A DNA stretch of 64,000 bases from Chiloscyllium plagiosum. Its lineage: Eukaryota. Shown in pieces: positions 11,111-22,619 of this stretch. The first letter of the stretch is position 1; each line of letters begins with the position of its first letter. A program made the position numbers and the translations under genes. The stretch is taken from the NCBI RefSeq assembly GCF_004010195.1, contig NC_057725.1, positions 50,236,143-50,300,142 of the forward strand, in the 5' to 3' direction. The notes below the pieces were generated by a model that ran no database searches, was not told the DNA's origin, and saw only the letters and a list, made by a program, of their open reading frames with translations.

Positions 11111-13489
11111 ACAAAAGACTTTTGCCCAGTCACTCATCTAAATCCTGCCAATCAGATAAAGATCCATTTATGCATAGCCTCAATTTTCTCCAGACCTGCT
11201 AATTTTGGAATGCATGTCCATGTGTTAGCACTATACTATGGGCTTTGATTTTCTTCATTAACCTTTTGACATGGAACCATATCAGATGCCTTCTGTCCAC
11301 AGGATTCCTTTTACTGACAGTATGTGTTACTCCTTCAAATAACTAACTTAAACTAGTTAAAAGACATTTGGATAGGTACATGGCAAAGATAGGTTTAGAT
11401 GGATATGGGTCAAACACAGGCAAATAAGACCATTTCAGTTTAGGATGCCTGGTCAGCATGGAAAGTTGGGCCAAAGGGCCTGCTTCCATGCCTTAAACCT
11501 CTATTAATGTAACATAATTTCCCTTTGAAACCATGGTGACTTTCTGGCAACCTTGAATTTTTCCTAAGTGTGCAGCAAGAATAATGATTTATTTTATGAC
11601 TGGGTCTGACGTCAAGCTAACTGGTCTATAGTTTGGTTTACCTCCCTTCTTCAGGAAAGAAATTATGTTGTTACTTTCAGTCTGTTGGAACCTTTCCAGA
11701 ATCGAAGGAATTTTAAAAAATTAACACCAACATACTAACGACATCTTTTGAAATCTTAGTGTCGAAGCAGAGTTTAATTAGCAGGGATCTGTGAGAGCAA
11801 AATAAATCAACAATACTCACATCAATTGAACTGATAATAATCAACCTTTATTGTAAATACTGCAACAGTTTGGCTGACACTTGGAAAGAGGAGGGATCAA
11901 GATATTCCCTGTTTCCCTTCCAAGTTTCACGCCTTCACAAAAGGAACACATTATATACTTTAAAATATGATGAGCAATTACAGATTATCATGAAATGTGT
12001 GTCACCTGTAACACTGAACCTTAGTCTAAAAACAATTAATCATTTGCATCATTCCATAACTGTTTCAATTTTGCGGACCTTTTGTGTAGATTAAGATCTA
12101 CAAGGAGCTGTTACAAGGTTAAGAATGCAGACTGTTTACTCTTTCTGACCTTTTATTTCAGTTTTTTAACTTACTGAATTATAAACTCTAATTGCCCAAC
12201 TCTTTTTCCCATCATGCAATGTTAAATGTTGCCCACAATACCACACTAGAATGAAATTTATTTTACCCAGTCTTGAAACTACAGCTGCTATACTGCTTCT
12301 CTGGTGGCTGTAATTTCATAAGTTTCTCCCTTCCATTTTTGATTTACCGGAATGGGTTTGTGTCCTTGAATTTGAAGACAGAAACAATATTTGTTTATTT
12401 CATTCATCATTTGCTTATTGTCGACTATTAACCCACAATTCTCATTCTCTAGAGGACCAACATGTACTTGTTATTTTCCTTTTCAAATACAGAGAGAAAC
12501 TCTGTACATTCTCAGCTTCCTTCCTCTGTCTAATTTCTTAGTCCTGAATAACCCTCGACATGTCTGCTGTTCTTTATCTCCTAATCAATCATCTGATCTG
12601 TGCAGACATGTAGCAGGTATGTGCTTATTCCTTAAGTTTGATGCTTTCCCTCACTTTTCTTTTAGTTAATTACAGATGGTCAGTCCTTCATTAAGAATCT
12701 TTTATAGTCGGAATATATTTATCATGAAATATCCCTTAAATGTCTATAATTTTGTCTTTATTAATCTATCCTCAAGCCTAATATGCCAGTTCATTTTAAC
12801 TAGCTCAGTTTTTATGCCCAAATAGTTGCCCTTATTTAGGTTTAATGTACTAATCTTAAGGCCAATCCTATCCCTTTCAACACTCTTTTATTGTCTTAGA
12901 GTAGTATTGGTACATGTTACCCAAGATCAATTTCAATGCTTATTTGAATGTTTTTAACTTGATCATGTGTTCTTTGGTAAAACCAGCATTCCAAAGCTCA
13001 ACAATGAGCTTACGTACTATTAAACATCCTAAGTAGGCCACCTGTGATGCTGGAGAACATGTACCATGTGAATACTTCTTTTTGATATCTTAAAACATTT
13101 TACACTTGTATTAATCCTATTTAAAATCACCTTTGTAGATTCCTAATCACTGCACAATTGTTGTGCAATGTCAGCATCATCTAAACTGTTTGGGGAAGCA
13201 AGGGGAATCAGAAATGTACACAAAGCACAATTCCACGATGTTGTACTTGATGGTTTATTTAAGTTTTTTTCAAGCATTCCAACTCAAACTTTTAATATAT
13301 AACATTTATTGAAAAGTTTACAAATATATTCAATATATAACACATGCAAAAAAGTTAATTGGGAGTTCAATTCTAAGGACACTAAGTGGTGAATAAAGAC
13401 AACAATTGTTACAATATCAAGTTTTGCCAAGTTTAAACAACAAAATTTCTGAACAAAACAACCAGTAATCAGTCCATAGTTTAAAAAGT

Positions 13490-13627
13490 ATCATTCTTGA
13501 TGAAGGGCTTTTGCCCGGAACATCGATTTTCCTGCTCCTTGAATGCTGCCTGAACTGCTGTGCTTTTTCCAGCACCACTCTAATCTAGACTCTGATTTCC
13601 AGCATCTGCAGTCCTCACTTTTGCCTA
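13490..13627 (+). mobile_element. PLE family A solo terminal unit (decayed hammerhead)
   Basis: ttgatgaagggcttttgcccggaacatcg...ccagcatctgcagtcctcacttt. Confidence 0.75.
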
Positions 13628-13849
13628 TGAAATTAATTAAGATCGTTCCTAACATGAGGGACACAGAATTCTCAGGTAAGGACAGGATCAAGCTCAGATT
13701 CACAATTACTGTATACAGGTACTTGGTTCAAACTCACATGCATTTGCATGATGTTAGGACTGGAGGGGACACTGGCACCAATAAAACTCCACTTCAGTAA
13801 AAGTTAATGTCATTAGTCAACCAAAGCAAACCAACACAGTCTAAAGATT

Positions 13850-14039
13850 GATTTGGAGATGCCGGTGTTGGACTAGGATGTTCAAAGTTCAAAATCACAC
13901 AATACCAGGCTATAGTCCAACAGGTTTAATTAGAAGCACACTAGCTTTTGGAGCCTGATGAAGGAGCAGTGCTCCGAAAGCTAGCGTGCTTCCAATTGAA
14001 CCTGTTGGACTATAACCTGATGTTGTGTGATTTTTAACT
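13850..14039. mobile_element. Palindromic family B unit with hammerhead and 13-bp TSD
   Basis: Inverted arms at 13891-13954 and 13971-14035; TSD cagtctaaagatt at 13837-13849 and 14040-14052. Confidence 0.85.
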
Positions 14040-14644
14040 CAGTCTAAAGATTTTGAGCATCAAAGGGTACTACTGATTAGAGAACAGAGAGATTTGGTTT
14101 AATGTACAAGTGTTACTTACAAAGCGTAAATTAGGTAAATTAACACAATGAATAAAAAGACATCAAAAGTTCCAACTTCAATTAGGTTTTCATTGAATGG
14201 GGAAAAAAGTCACTGTCTAATTCCCTATCTACAAAACAAACATAATCTTCTCATTCCTCAGTTTGAAGATGCAATTGGTTCCAAAATAAGCATTTTTAGT
14301 GAAACAAAAGAAATTATTTTTAAAAATTGAATTTGTGGTATTATTAACTTCAGAACTTGAATAACTGTTCATGAATTGATTAATTCAATCACCCAAAGAT
14401 AAACTTACACATGGAAAGCAGCAGCAATAACTGTATCTGAAGAAAAAAAAACTATTAAAGACAAGGACAAATGTATACAGGAATTGAAAGCAATTAGCTA
14501 TGCCTGGCAAAAGGAGGAGTGGAGTCTAAAACCAACAAAACTGCTTTGACATCTGCTTGATAAACTGAATGCTTTATGTCTGATTGCCCTGCAGAAGAAT
14601 TTAATCACAGGAAAGTTTTCTTTAAACAGACAGTTAAGGTCAAA

Positions 14645-14960
14645 TTTAGATTAGATTAGATTCCCTACGGTATGGAGACAGGCCCTTCGGCCCAACAAGT
14701 CCACACCGACCCTCCGAAGAGTAACCCACTCAGACCCATTCCCCTACCCTGTATTTACCCCTGACTAATGCACCTAACACTATGGGCAATTTAGCATGGC
14801 CAATTCACCTAACCTGCACATCTTTGGAGCACCCGGAGGAAACCCACGCAGACACAGGGAGAATGGGCAAACTCCACACAGAGTCACCCGAGGTGGGACT
14901 CGAACCCAGGCCCCTGGCGCTGTGAGAAGCAGTGCAAACCACTGAGTCACCGTGCCGCCC
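14645..14960 (-). mobile_element. tRNA-derived V-SINE (HE1-like), near full length
   Basis: Head ggcggcacggtgactcagtggtt...ggttcgagtccc (A/B boxes), V domain, (TCTAA)n tail. Confidence 0.9.
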
Positions 14961-15975
14961 CTTGTAACAAAGAAGCTACTTCTGAGAAGGCGGCAGGCTG
15001 CAGACTTGCAGTAATTTAGATAAAAGGGCTTTAAAAGAATCATCAATATATCTCATCACAGATCTTAAAGACAAAAATCTGGATAAGAATCAAACACCAG
15101 AACCCCCCACTTAGCAGAACAACACTGGACTAAGATTGAATCGTGGGCACTTCCAGAGATAAGATACTGTTGAAAGAAAAATGGCCAAGTCCCACCAAGC
15201 CAAACTGGGTTTTGAGGCTTACTTGAGGGGTATTATTTTAGTTGCTATATGCAATAAAATTTAAATTATTGTTTCAGTATTTGACTGTCTATAAGATTTA
15301 AGTAGCCGAATTAAAGGTAACTTGTGGTGATTCACTCGCAACATTATGTAACACTAAAAAATGGAAATTGCTAAAGAAAAAGAGGAGGTCTGGCAACATC
15401 TGTGGAGAGTGGAGTCCAGTGACCATTCTTTAGAACCATTTAAAAGGTGAACTGATGCTGCCAGGCCTGTTGAGTTTCTCCAGCAATTTCTGCTTTTGTG
15501 TATTTCAGATCTCCAGCATCTGCAATATTTTGTTTTATAATACTATATTTGTAATATTGTAAATATATATGAAATACCTGTGAAATGTAACAAGTTATGT
15601 AGGAAATGCACAGCCATCTGTACAACAAATGTAAGAGATATGAATGACCAACTAATTTTTGAGTCTCTTTCTTGAAGCAGGAAGGTTCACAAACTCCAGA
15701 AATAGGCTCAATTTTGAACAAAATTGTGCAATGTTTAATATCCTCCTGAACAAGATTTTGCTTTGTGTAACATGTAGCACACTTCCATCAATGCAGAGTT
15801 CCTCAGCGTCACATGCTTTCATATACATGAAAGACAACAGTGCTATTGACTCAACCAAACTGGCAATTGGACAGTGTTATAAATTGATAATAATTACGTA
15901 TATGCCCATATGTTATACGTAGTGGAGCTTATTCAGAAATTGTTCCAACGCTACAGATATTAAGAATTCTCTGAG

Positions 15976-16313
15976 CTATTCTTTTGGAAGTGGTATTCCC
16001 AGGGCTGTGTGATTATGCAAGTTACGAGCTTTTTCTACCTCTTCAGATGAGCAAAGATCTTCCAGAAACACTGTTGCTAAATTACTTAGACGCTTATTTT
16101 TAGACATGGAGAACCGGAGCATGCACTCAATAACTGGCATTGCTGTGATTTCCTTCTGGGACAAAGGAGTCATCAAGTACATTAATGTGGTAATTGCAGA
16201 CAGTACTGTGTCCTCATTCGGATTGGATAAACAGTTCAGCACTGCCTGAACCCCATTGTTTTGTAAAATGTATTCCTTGTTCTCTTTGTCTAAACAGAGG
16301 TTACAGAGACCAC
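15976..16313 (-). CDS. ARMC7: ARMC7 coding exon 3 (last)
   Basis: Acceptor tccacag, then GGLCNLCLDKENKEYILQNNGVQAVLNCLSNPNEDTVLSAITTLMYL...HTALGIPLPKE*, matching the ARMC7 C-terminal half. Confidence 0.96.
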
Positions 16314-16999
16314 CTGTGGAAATAAAAGCATTGTCAACCCTTGGGTCAATGAAAACTTAGAGAAGGAAATCATGAACAAAAATTACAATGATCACCCTCA
16401 TTAAGTATTAATTTTATTGTTAATGACCTGCCAATTTTCTTCCCATTTAAGACAAACAAGATCATTTATTTACAATTGCTGCAGAAGAAATCATCTTAAC
16501 CTGAGAATACTAACACTCCCATAATATTCTGAAACAAAAAAATTCTATTCTATAGGCACATTATATATAACTTGTTCCCAACATCTCATGAAAAAGATTG
16601 TCAGAAGATTGACTAAATATGAGTAAATGTGAAGGGCATCACAGAAAGCAAGTACTTCATTTCACATGCAAGTTGATTACAGATTTAAAAATTCATTCAT
16701 GAGATATTAGTGTCACTGGTCTGACCAAATTGCCCAGAAAGCAGTTAAGAGTCAACCACATTGCTGTGGGCCTGAAGTTTCATGTATGCCAAACAAGGTA
16801 AGGATGGCGGTAAGGTAAGGATTTTCTTCCTGAAAGGATATTAGTGCAGCAGGATTTTTACAACAATTGACAGCAGTTACATGGTTACCATAAAACTAGC
16901 TTCAATTTTGTTTTCTGAATTCAAATTTGACCATCTGTCATGGTGGGTTTCAAACTCACATCCCAAGAACATTAGCTTGGGGTTCTGAATTACTAAGAG

Positions 17000-17230
17000 A
17001 AAGACAGGACTGCAGATGCTCGAGATCAGAGTCAAAAAGTATGGTGCTGAAAAAGCACAGCCGGTCAGGCAGCATCTGAGGAACAGGAGAGTCTACGTTT
17101 CGAGCATAAGTTCTTCATCAGGATTGTTTTGAAGAAGGGTCACTGGACCTGAAATGTTAACTCTGATTTTTGCTGCCAGACGTGTTGAGATTTTCCAGCA
17201 ATTTCTATTTTTGTTTCAGATTTCCAGTAT
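17000..17230. mobile_element. Back-to-back PLE terminal units (family A minus, family D plus), each with a hammerhead motif
   Basis: Minus strand 17092-17125: CTGATGA-A-GAAC-ttat-GCTC-GAAA-CGTA. Plus strand 17126-17162: tTGAAGA-A-GGGTC-actg-GACCT-GAAA-TGTT-aac. Confidence 0.7.
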
Positions 17231-17231
17231 T

Positions 17232-17560
17232 GGGCGGCACAGTGGCTCAGTGGTTAGCACTGCTGCCTCACAGCACCATGGACCCGGGTTCAATTCCAGC
17301 CTCGGGCAACTGTCTGTAGGGAGTTTGCACATTCTCCCCGTGTCTGCGTGGGTTTCCTCTGGGTGCTCTGGTTTCTTCTCACAATCGAGAGACGTGCAGG
17401 TCAGGTGAATTGGCCGTGCTAAATTGCCCATAGTGTTATGTGCATTAATTAGGGATAGGGCTAGGGTTTAGGTCTGGAAGGATTACTCTTCAGAGAGTTG
17501 GTGTGGACTTGTTGAGCTGAATGGCCTGTTTCCATACTGTACGGAATCTAATCTAATCTG
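17232..17560 (+). mobile_element. tRNA-derived V-SINE (HE1-like), full length
   Basis: A box tggctcagtgg, B box ggttcaattcc, V domain, (TCTAA)n tail. Confidence 0.9.
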
Positions 17561-17885
17561 CAGTTCTTTGAGTTATTTCACCCCCCCTCAGGGATCTACC
17601 TAAACCGTGATCTTAAAGGGAAAGGTCAGGTTAGCAATTAAATATAGCAATCATGTTCCAGAATCCATCACAGAAAATAAGTACTTAAATATAAAAAACC
17701 TTTAAAGTTTACCTCCAACATTTCTGAAGTTGCACTTGTTCAATGTTTACGTTTATCATATTTCCTTAAAATACTTAATTATTAAATGATTATGTCAAAA
17801 GGGTCAGAATTGAGCAAAGTTTGGATAATCTATATTACCCAACTAAAGAAATTGACAAAATACATATACAAAACTTAGATTTTAC

Positions 17886-18029
17886 CTATTCCAAATTCTA
17901 CAAATCGTTCATTATCTTCTGTAAGCATATCCAGGAATAGGTCAATGACCTGCAGCTGTCGAAGATACTGATAGTTACTGGGGTCATATGCAAAATTAGC
18001 TAGGTTTGCCAGGACTTGTTCCTTTGCCT
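17886..18029 (-). CDS. ARMC7: ARMC7 coding exon 2 (144 nt)
   Basis: Acceptor ttctcag, then [48 protein letters not shown], then donor gtaaa. Contains the ARMC7 hallmark [15 protein letters not shown]. Confidence 0.97.
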
Positions 18030-18415
18030 CTGAGAAGTAAATAGAAGTTAGATTTTAATCATAGAAGACCAACACTGGCAGTCATTGTCATTGGGAGTAA
18101 TGGACACAATCACACTTATGGCAGAACGAAGACAATGCAAAGTATTTTTTGGTAATATTTGTAGAAAATCCTACCCTGTGAAGTGTCCTGTAAAATGCCC
18201 TAGAATATGACTAATTAAAAAATAACTATAGCATTCAAGACTCTTGGAATCCTTTGTGGTAACAAACATGAGCACAACGAAAAATATTTGCACCTGTGGT
18301 TCAATTCCAAATGTCCTTGTCCTTTCTGAATAGTTATTGGTAAGAATATGATAGCTCCAACTCCAGACTGCAATAAATAGTCATGGATCACCATTCTACA
18401 CTTTTATTATCTTAC

Positions 18416-18512
18416 CTTGACTATCGGTATCCTGAAATTCAGTAACAAGGGCCTGTAGGTAATCAAACCGATCTTGGGATTTACTTTCTCTCAGCTGACC
18501 TGAACTGGCCAT
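18416..18512 (-). CDS. ARMC7: ARMC7 coding exon 1
   Basis: MASSGQLRESKSQDRFDYLQALVTEFQDTDSQ then G|gtaag. An acceptor ctgtgcag at 18533 implies upstream non-coding exon(s). The three exons join in frame: 97+144+338 = 579 nt, 192 aa. Confidence 0.95.
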
Positions 18513-19014
18513 TTCATCCGAAATCCAATTAGCTGCACAGAAAAAAGAGAAAACTGATTAGAAACATGGCATGACTACAGTAAGGAAATTATGCTTGACA
18601 TAACCTAATATCAGCTGATGTAAGGAGAGAAAAATTACATTAAAAATAAAAAATTACTCAGTCTTCATCAGAAACTTGAGTCTACTCATATTTATATGTT
18701 CTACTGTTAACAAAATTACAGTACAATGGATCAACTGGCGCATTCATGTTTCTATATACTAAAAGAAAAAGTCAGTCCAGCTGCAGCCATTTGAAAATGA
18801 CAGTCCCACATGGCTATACAGTTCACTATTCCACTGATTAAATACTTCCATATCTCAATCAAGGCTGTTCCCAGAGATAAACAGCAATAAATATCGACTT
18901 CGACTAGAGGACCAACTTGATGAAAGATGCAGTTTGGCCTTTCCTGAAACTTGGCTGGAAGTTGGAGTCCTCTTTAAAACTGAAATTCTTTGAGTACTTC
19001 AGATTAATTTTGTG

Positions 19015-19450
19015 TAGCCATATATGAACAAATCAACGGCACACCCATGGGCTCACCCATCTCTAGACTCATAGCAGAAGCGGTAATGCAAAGATTAGAA
19101 CAAACAGTCTTACCGCAAATTCACCCAAACTCTGGGTCAGATATGTGGATGACATCTTTGTAATCATTAGAAACACAGAAATAGAGAACACACACCAGAT
19201 CATCAACGCCACACTCACAGGAATCCGATTCACTAGAGAGGAAGAAAAGGACAACCAACTCCCATTCCTCGACGTGATGGTACAGAGAACACCGAACGGA
19301 GAATTCACTACAAAGATATACAGGAAAGCCACACCCACAGACCAAGTCCTGAACTACGAAAACAACCATCCCAACACACACAAAAGAAGTTGCATCAAAA
19401 CACTGTTCAAAAGGGCCACAACACACTGCAGTACACCAGAACTGCAAAAA
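19015..19450 (+). mobile_element. Penelope-like element reverse transcriptase fragment (runs into gap)
   Basis: GTPMGSPIS, WVRYVDDIFVI, FTREEEKDNQLPFLDV, YRKAT; the frame looks largely intact. Confidence 0.92.
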
Positions 19451-20001
19451 NNNNNNNNNNNNNNNNNNNNNNNNNNNNNNNNNNNNNNNNNNNNNNNNNN
19501 NNNNNNNNNNNNNNNNNNNNNNNNNNNNNNNNNNNNNNNNNNNNNNNNNNNNNNNNNNNNNNNNNNNNNNNNNNNNNNNNNNNNNNNNNNNNNNNNNNNN
19601 NNNNNNNNNNNNNNNNNNNNNNNNNNNNNNNNNNNNNNNNNNNNNNNNNNNNNNNNNNNNNNNNNNNNNNNNNNNNNNNNNNNNNNNNNNNNNNNNNNNN
19701 NNNNNNNNNNNNNNNNNNNNNNNNNNNNNNNNNNNNNNNNNNNNNNNNNNNNNNNNNNNNNNNNNNNNNNNNNNNNNNNNNNNNNNNNNNNNNNNNNNNN
19801 NNNNNNNNNNNNNNNNNNNNNNNNNNNNNNNNNNNNNNNNNNNNNNNNNNNNNNNNNNNNNNNNNNNNNNNNNNNNNNNNNNNNNNNNNNNNNNNNNNNN
19901 NNNNNNNNNNNNNNNNNNNNNNNNNNNNNNNNNNNNNNNNNNNNNNNNNNNNNNNNNNNNNNNNNNNNNNNNNNNNNNNNNNNNNNNNNNNNNNNNNNNN
20001 N
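19451..20001. other. Assembly gap
   Basis: Run of N. Confidence 1.
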
Positions 20002-20004
20002 ACC

Positions 20005-20135
20005 CGAGCCTGAAGAAGGGCCTGTGCCCGAAACGTCGAATCTCCTGTTCCCTGGATGCTGCCTGACCTGCTGTGCTGTTCCAGCAATAAAGTTTCAACT
20101 TTGATCTCCAGCATCTGCAGACCTCAGTTTCTACC
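20005..20135 (+). mobile_element. PLE family A terminal unit with intact hammerhead core (20010-20041)
   Basis: CTGAAGA-A-GGGC-ctgt-GCCC-GAAA-CGTC-gaat. Confidence 0.8.
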
Positions 20136-21174
20136 CGAGCTACAAACAGAACATAGATAAATACAGCACAGAACAGGCCCTTCGGCCCACGATGTTGTGC
20201 CTAACATTTGTCCTAGCTTAAGCACCCATCCATGTACCTATCCAATTGCCGCTTATAGGTCACCAGTGATTCTGACTCTGCCACTCCCACAGGCAGCGTA
20301 TTCCATGCCCCACCACTCTCTGGGTAAAGAACCCACCCCTGACATCTCCCCTATACCTTTCACAAATCCTGGAAATTCATTTTTGTGATACTGGGAGATC
20401 AATTTTCTTTCAAAAATTGATAAATACCACTGTGTCGTCAGCATCTATGAACTGAATTTTACCACAATTCATTTAACTGTTAATATTGCCAAGTTTCATG
20501 GAAGATCTTTCTCCTTGAACCCTAATGAATCTTTTCACGTTATTTTTCCAAACTTGCCACATTACCCATGCATCCATCATATTCTCCTGCTTGTCACAGA
20601 CCAAAATACTTGCCATTGCCAGGATATCCCAGGATTCCTGGCATTGGTGCCATCTTTAAAGCCCAGCTTTGCACCTGGTCAAGCACTGGCAGGCTGCATC
20701 TGCCCTAAACTATTCGTTTCATGTGCCCCAGACATGTTGGACGAGGGTAATGGGCATCCTGCTTTGTCAGTGTGGACTGCACGTGAATGCTACCCGTGGA
20801 GTATGTTGAGATGTTGATAACTGATGAAGTTCTGGAGGAGCAAATGGCAAGATGGACTCAAACAGTTTACTACTTTGATTTTCATGTCCAGAACTCTCAC
20901 TGTCTAGTTTCAATGTGGCAGGTAGGATAATGGGAAACTGCATATCATATCAGGTGGGTTAGGTAATAATGAGGATGTTAATGCTAGGTAACGCATACAA
21001 ATATGCTCTTGCTGTGAACCACCTAGAATCTCATGTTGCCAAACAACACTTCTTTGAAAAATGGATCTTTTTGCTCTTGATGACAAGAAGCTCCTTGTGC
21101 GATACTCCCAAATTTCTTACCAATGCCCACATTGTGTGAGCACAAGGGGGCACCAATACAGTCAACAGAGGAAA

Positions 21175-21790
21175 AGGTGGGGGATGGTGCCAGTCTAACT
21201 GTGGAAGATATACTGTATCACATATCCTACGAAGAGGCAGGTATAGCTGGGGCCCATGCAAGTTCCCATCGTTACCCCTTTGATCTGAAGGAAGTAGGAG
21301 AAGTTGAAGGATAAGTTGTTGAGGATGAGGACCAGTTCCGCCAATCGAATGAGTGGGTCGGTGAAGGGGTACTGGTTGGGTCAGAGGGAGAGGAAGAAAC
21401 AGAGGGCTTGGAGGCCTTCACCAAGTGGGCAGACATGTATAGGGACTGGATGTCCATGGTGAAGATAAAGCATTGAGAGCTGGGGTAATGAAAGTCATGG
21501 AGGAGGTGTAGATGGTGGCCCGAATGTACGTGGGGAGTTCTTGGACCAAGGGGGACAGTACAGTGTCAAGATAGGAGGAGATAAGTTCAGTGGGGCAGGA
21601 GCAAGTGGAGACAACAGGTAGACGATAGGAGACAATAGACTGGGACAGTCAGGTTTGTGGATTTTGGGTAAGAGGTAGAACCGGACGACCCAGAATTCAG
21701 GGACTATGAGATTGGAGGCAGTGATTGGGAGATCCCGTGAGATGATAGTCTGAGAGATGGTTTAGAGATAGGAGGCGAGGTCATGGTCGT
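21175..21790 (-). mobile_element. Decayed Penelope-like RT fragment
   Basis: FTMDIQSLY, RLAELVL and MGTCMGPSY-like motifs across frameshifts. Confidence 0.75.
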
Positions 21791-22305
21791 CTCCACTCAT
21801 ATTTTGGAATCTATTTCATTGTCTTCAGCATGGAAAAATCAGCCAGCTAAAACTGATCCACAAATCCAGTGCCAATAGCTTGTGTGTATTACATGTCCTC
21901 CACTATAGATCAATTTGTGGGGCAAGACAGTTTGAGTTTACCTGTCACTTGGTTAAAGTGCTTTAAGACAACAATCTGCAGAGTTTTACATTTTTCTCAG
22001 ATGTGTGTGACTTTTCAAGGAAATATATAAATAAATAAATCTATATACATATATTATATGCACAATCTAAATCTTATATTGTTAATAATCATTGCTTGAG
22101 AAAGTTTTGTTGGCAATAAATTAATTGTTAGTGAAAGAAACTTGGTTGACTTATTTCTGATACTGAACTAAATACAGTCTGACACCTATACAATCAGTAT
22201 TATCACTGTTCTCCTTAAAATTCAATTTTGTATTGGCCAGTGCAGAGTAGGATGAAAAAAAATGTTTCAGTTCATTCCTCCAACCTCCACTGTAACATTC
22301 CTTAC

Positions 22306-22410
22306 CTGCAAATTTCAAAAGAGCAGGTTAGGTGGATGATCGGACTGACTTTCTTCTTTGAATATGATCATCCTCAGCATATGGTTTTCTATTGCCATGA
22401 GCCGTACATT
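22306..22410 (-). other. Candidate 105-nt non-coding 5' UTR exon of ARMC7
   Basis: T-rich acceptor tttattgatttttattggttttcaacatag and consensus donor CAG|gtaagg. Stop codons in all three frames. Confidence 0.5.
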
Positions 22411-22619
22411 CTATGTTGAAAACCAATAAAAATCAATAAATCAAATTAACTGAAAAAAATGAAAGGACCAAACCATACATAGGCACGGCAACAAAACTCA
22501 ACTCATGAAAGGATATTTATATTAAAACGCAACCTTTTGTGTGTGCGCGCGTGCGCGCTTGGTGGTGGTGGTGGCAGAGATAGGTTAGACACCAGGCCCA
22601 GTGGTGCACAATGACCATT

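Larger units (their letters stand above)
13290..15975 (-). other. ARMC7: Probable ARMC7 3' UTR (about 2.7 kb)
   Basis: Minus-strand AATAAA at 13305-13310 with U/GU-rich sequence beyond it. The end point is inferred. Confidence 0.5.

Noticed and set aside
17232-17300. tRNA-like sequence with A and B boxes
   Set aside because: It is the head of a V-SINE, followed by the V domain and LINE-like tail; not a tRNA gene.
19121-20114. Long ORFs of 207-325 aa in the ORF track
   Set aside because: Artefacts of translating through the N gap; only the Penelope RT fragment is real.
22539-22558. Alternating purine-pyrimidine tract (Z-DNA-prone)
   Set aside because: Short simple repeat at a LINE boundary; no evidence of function.
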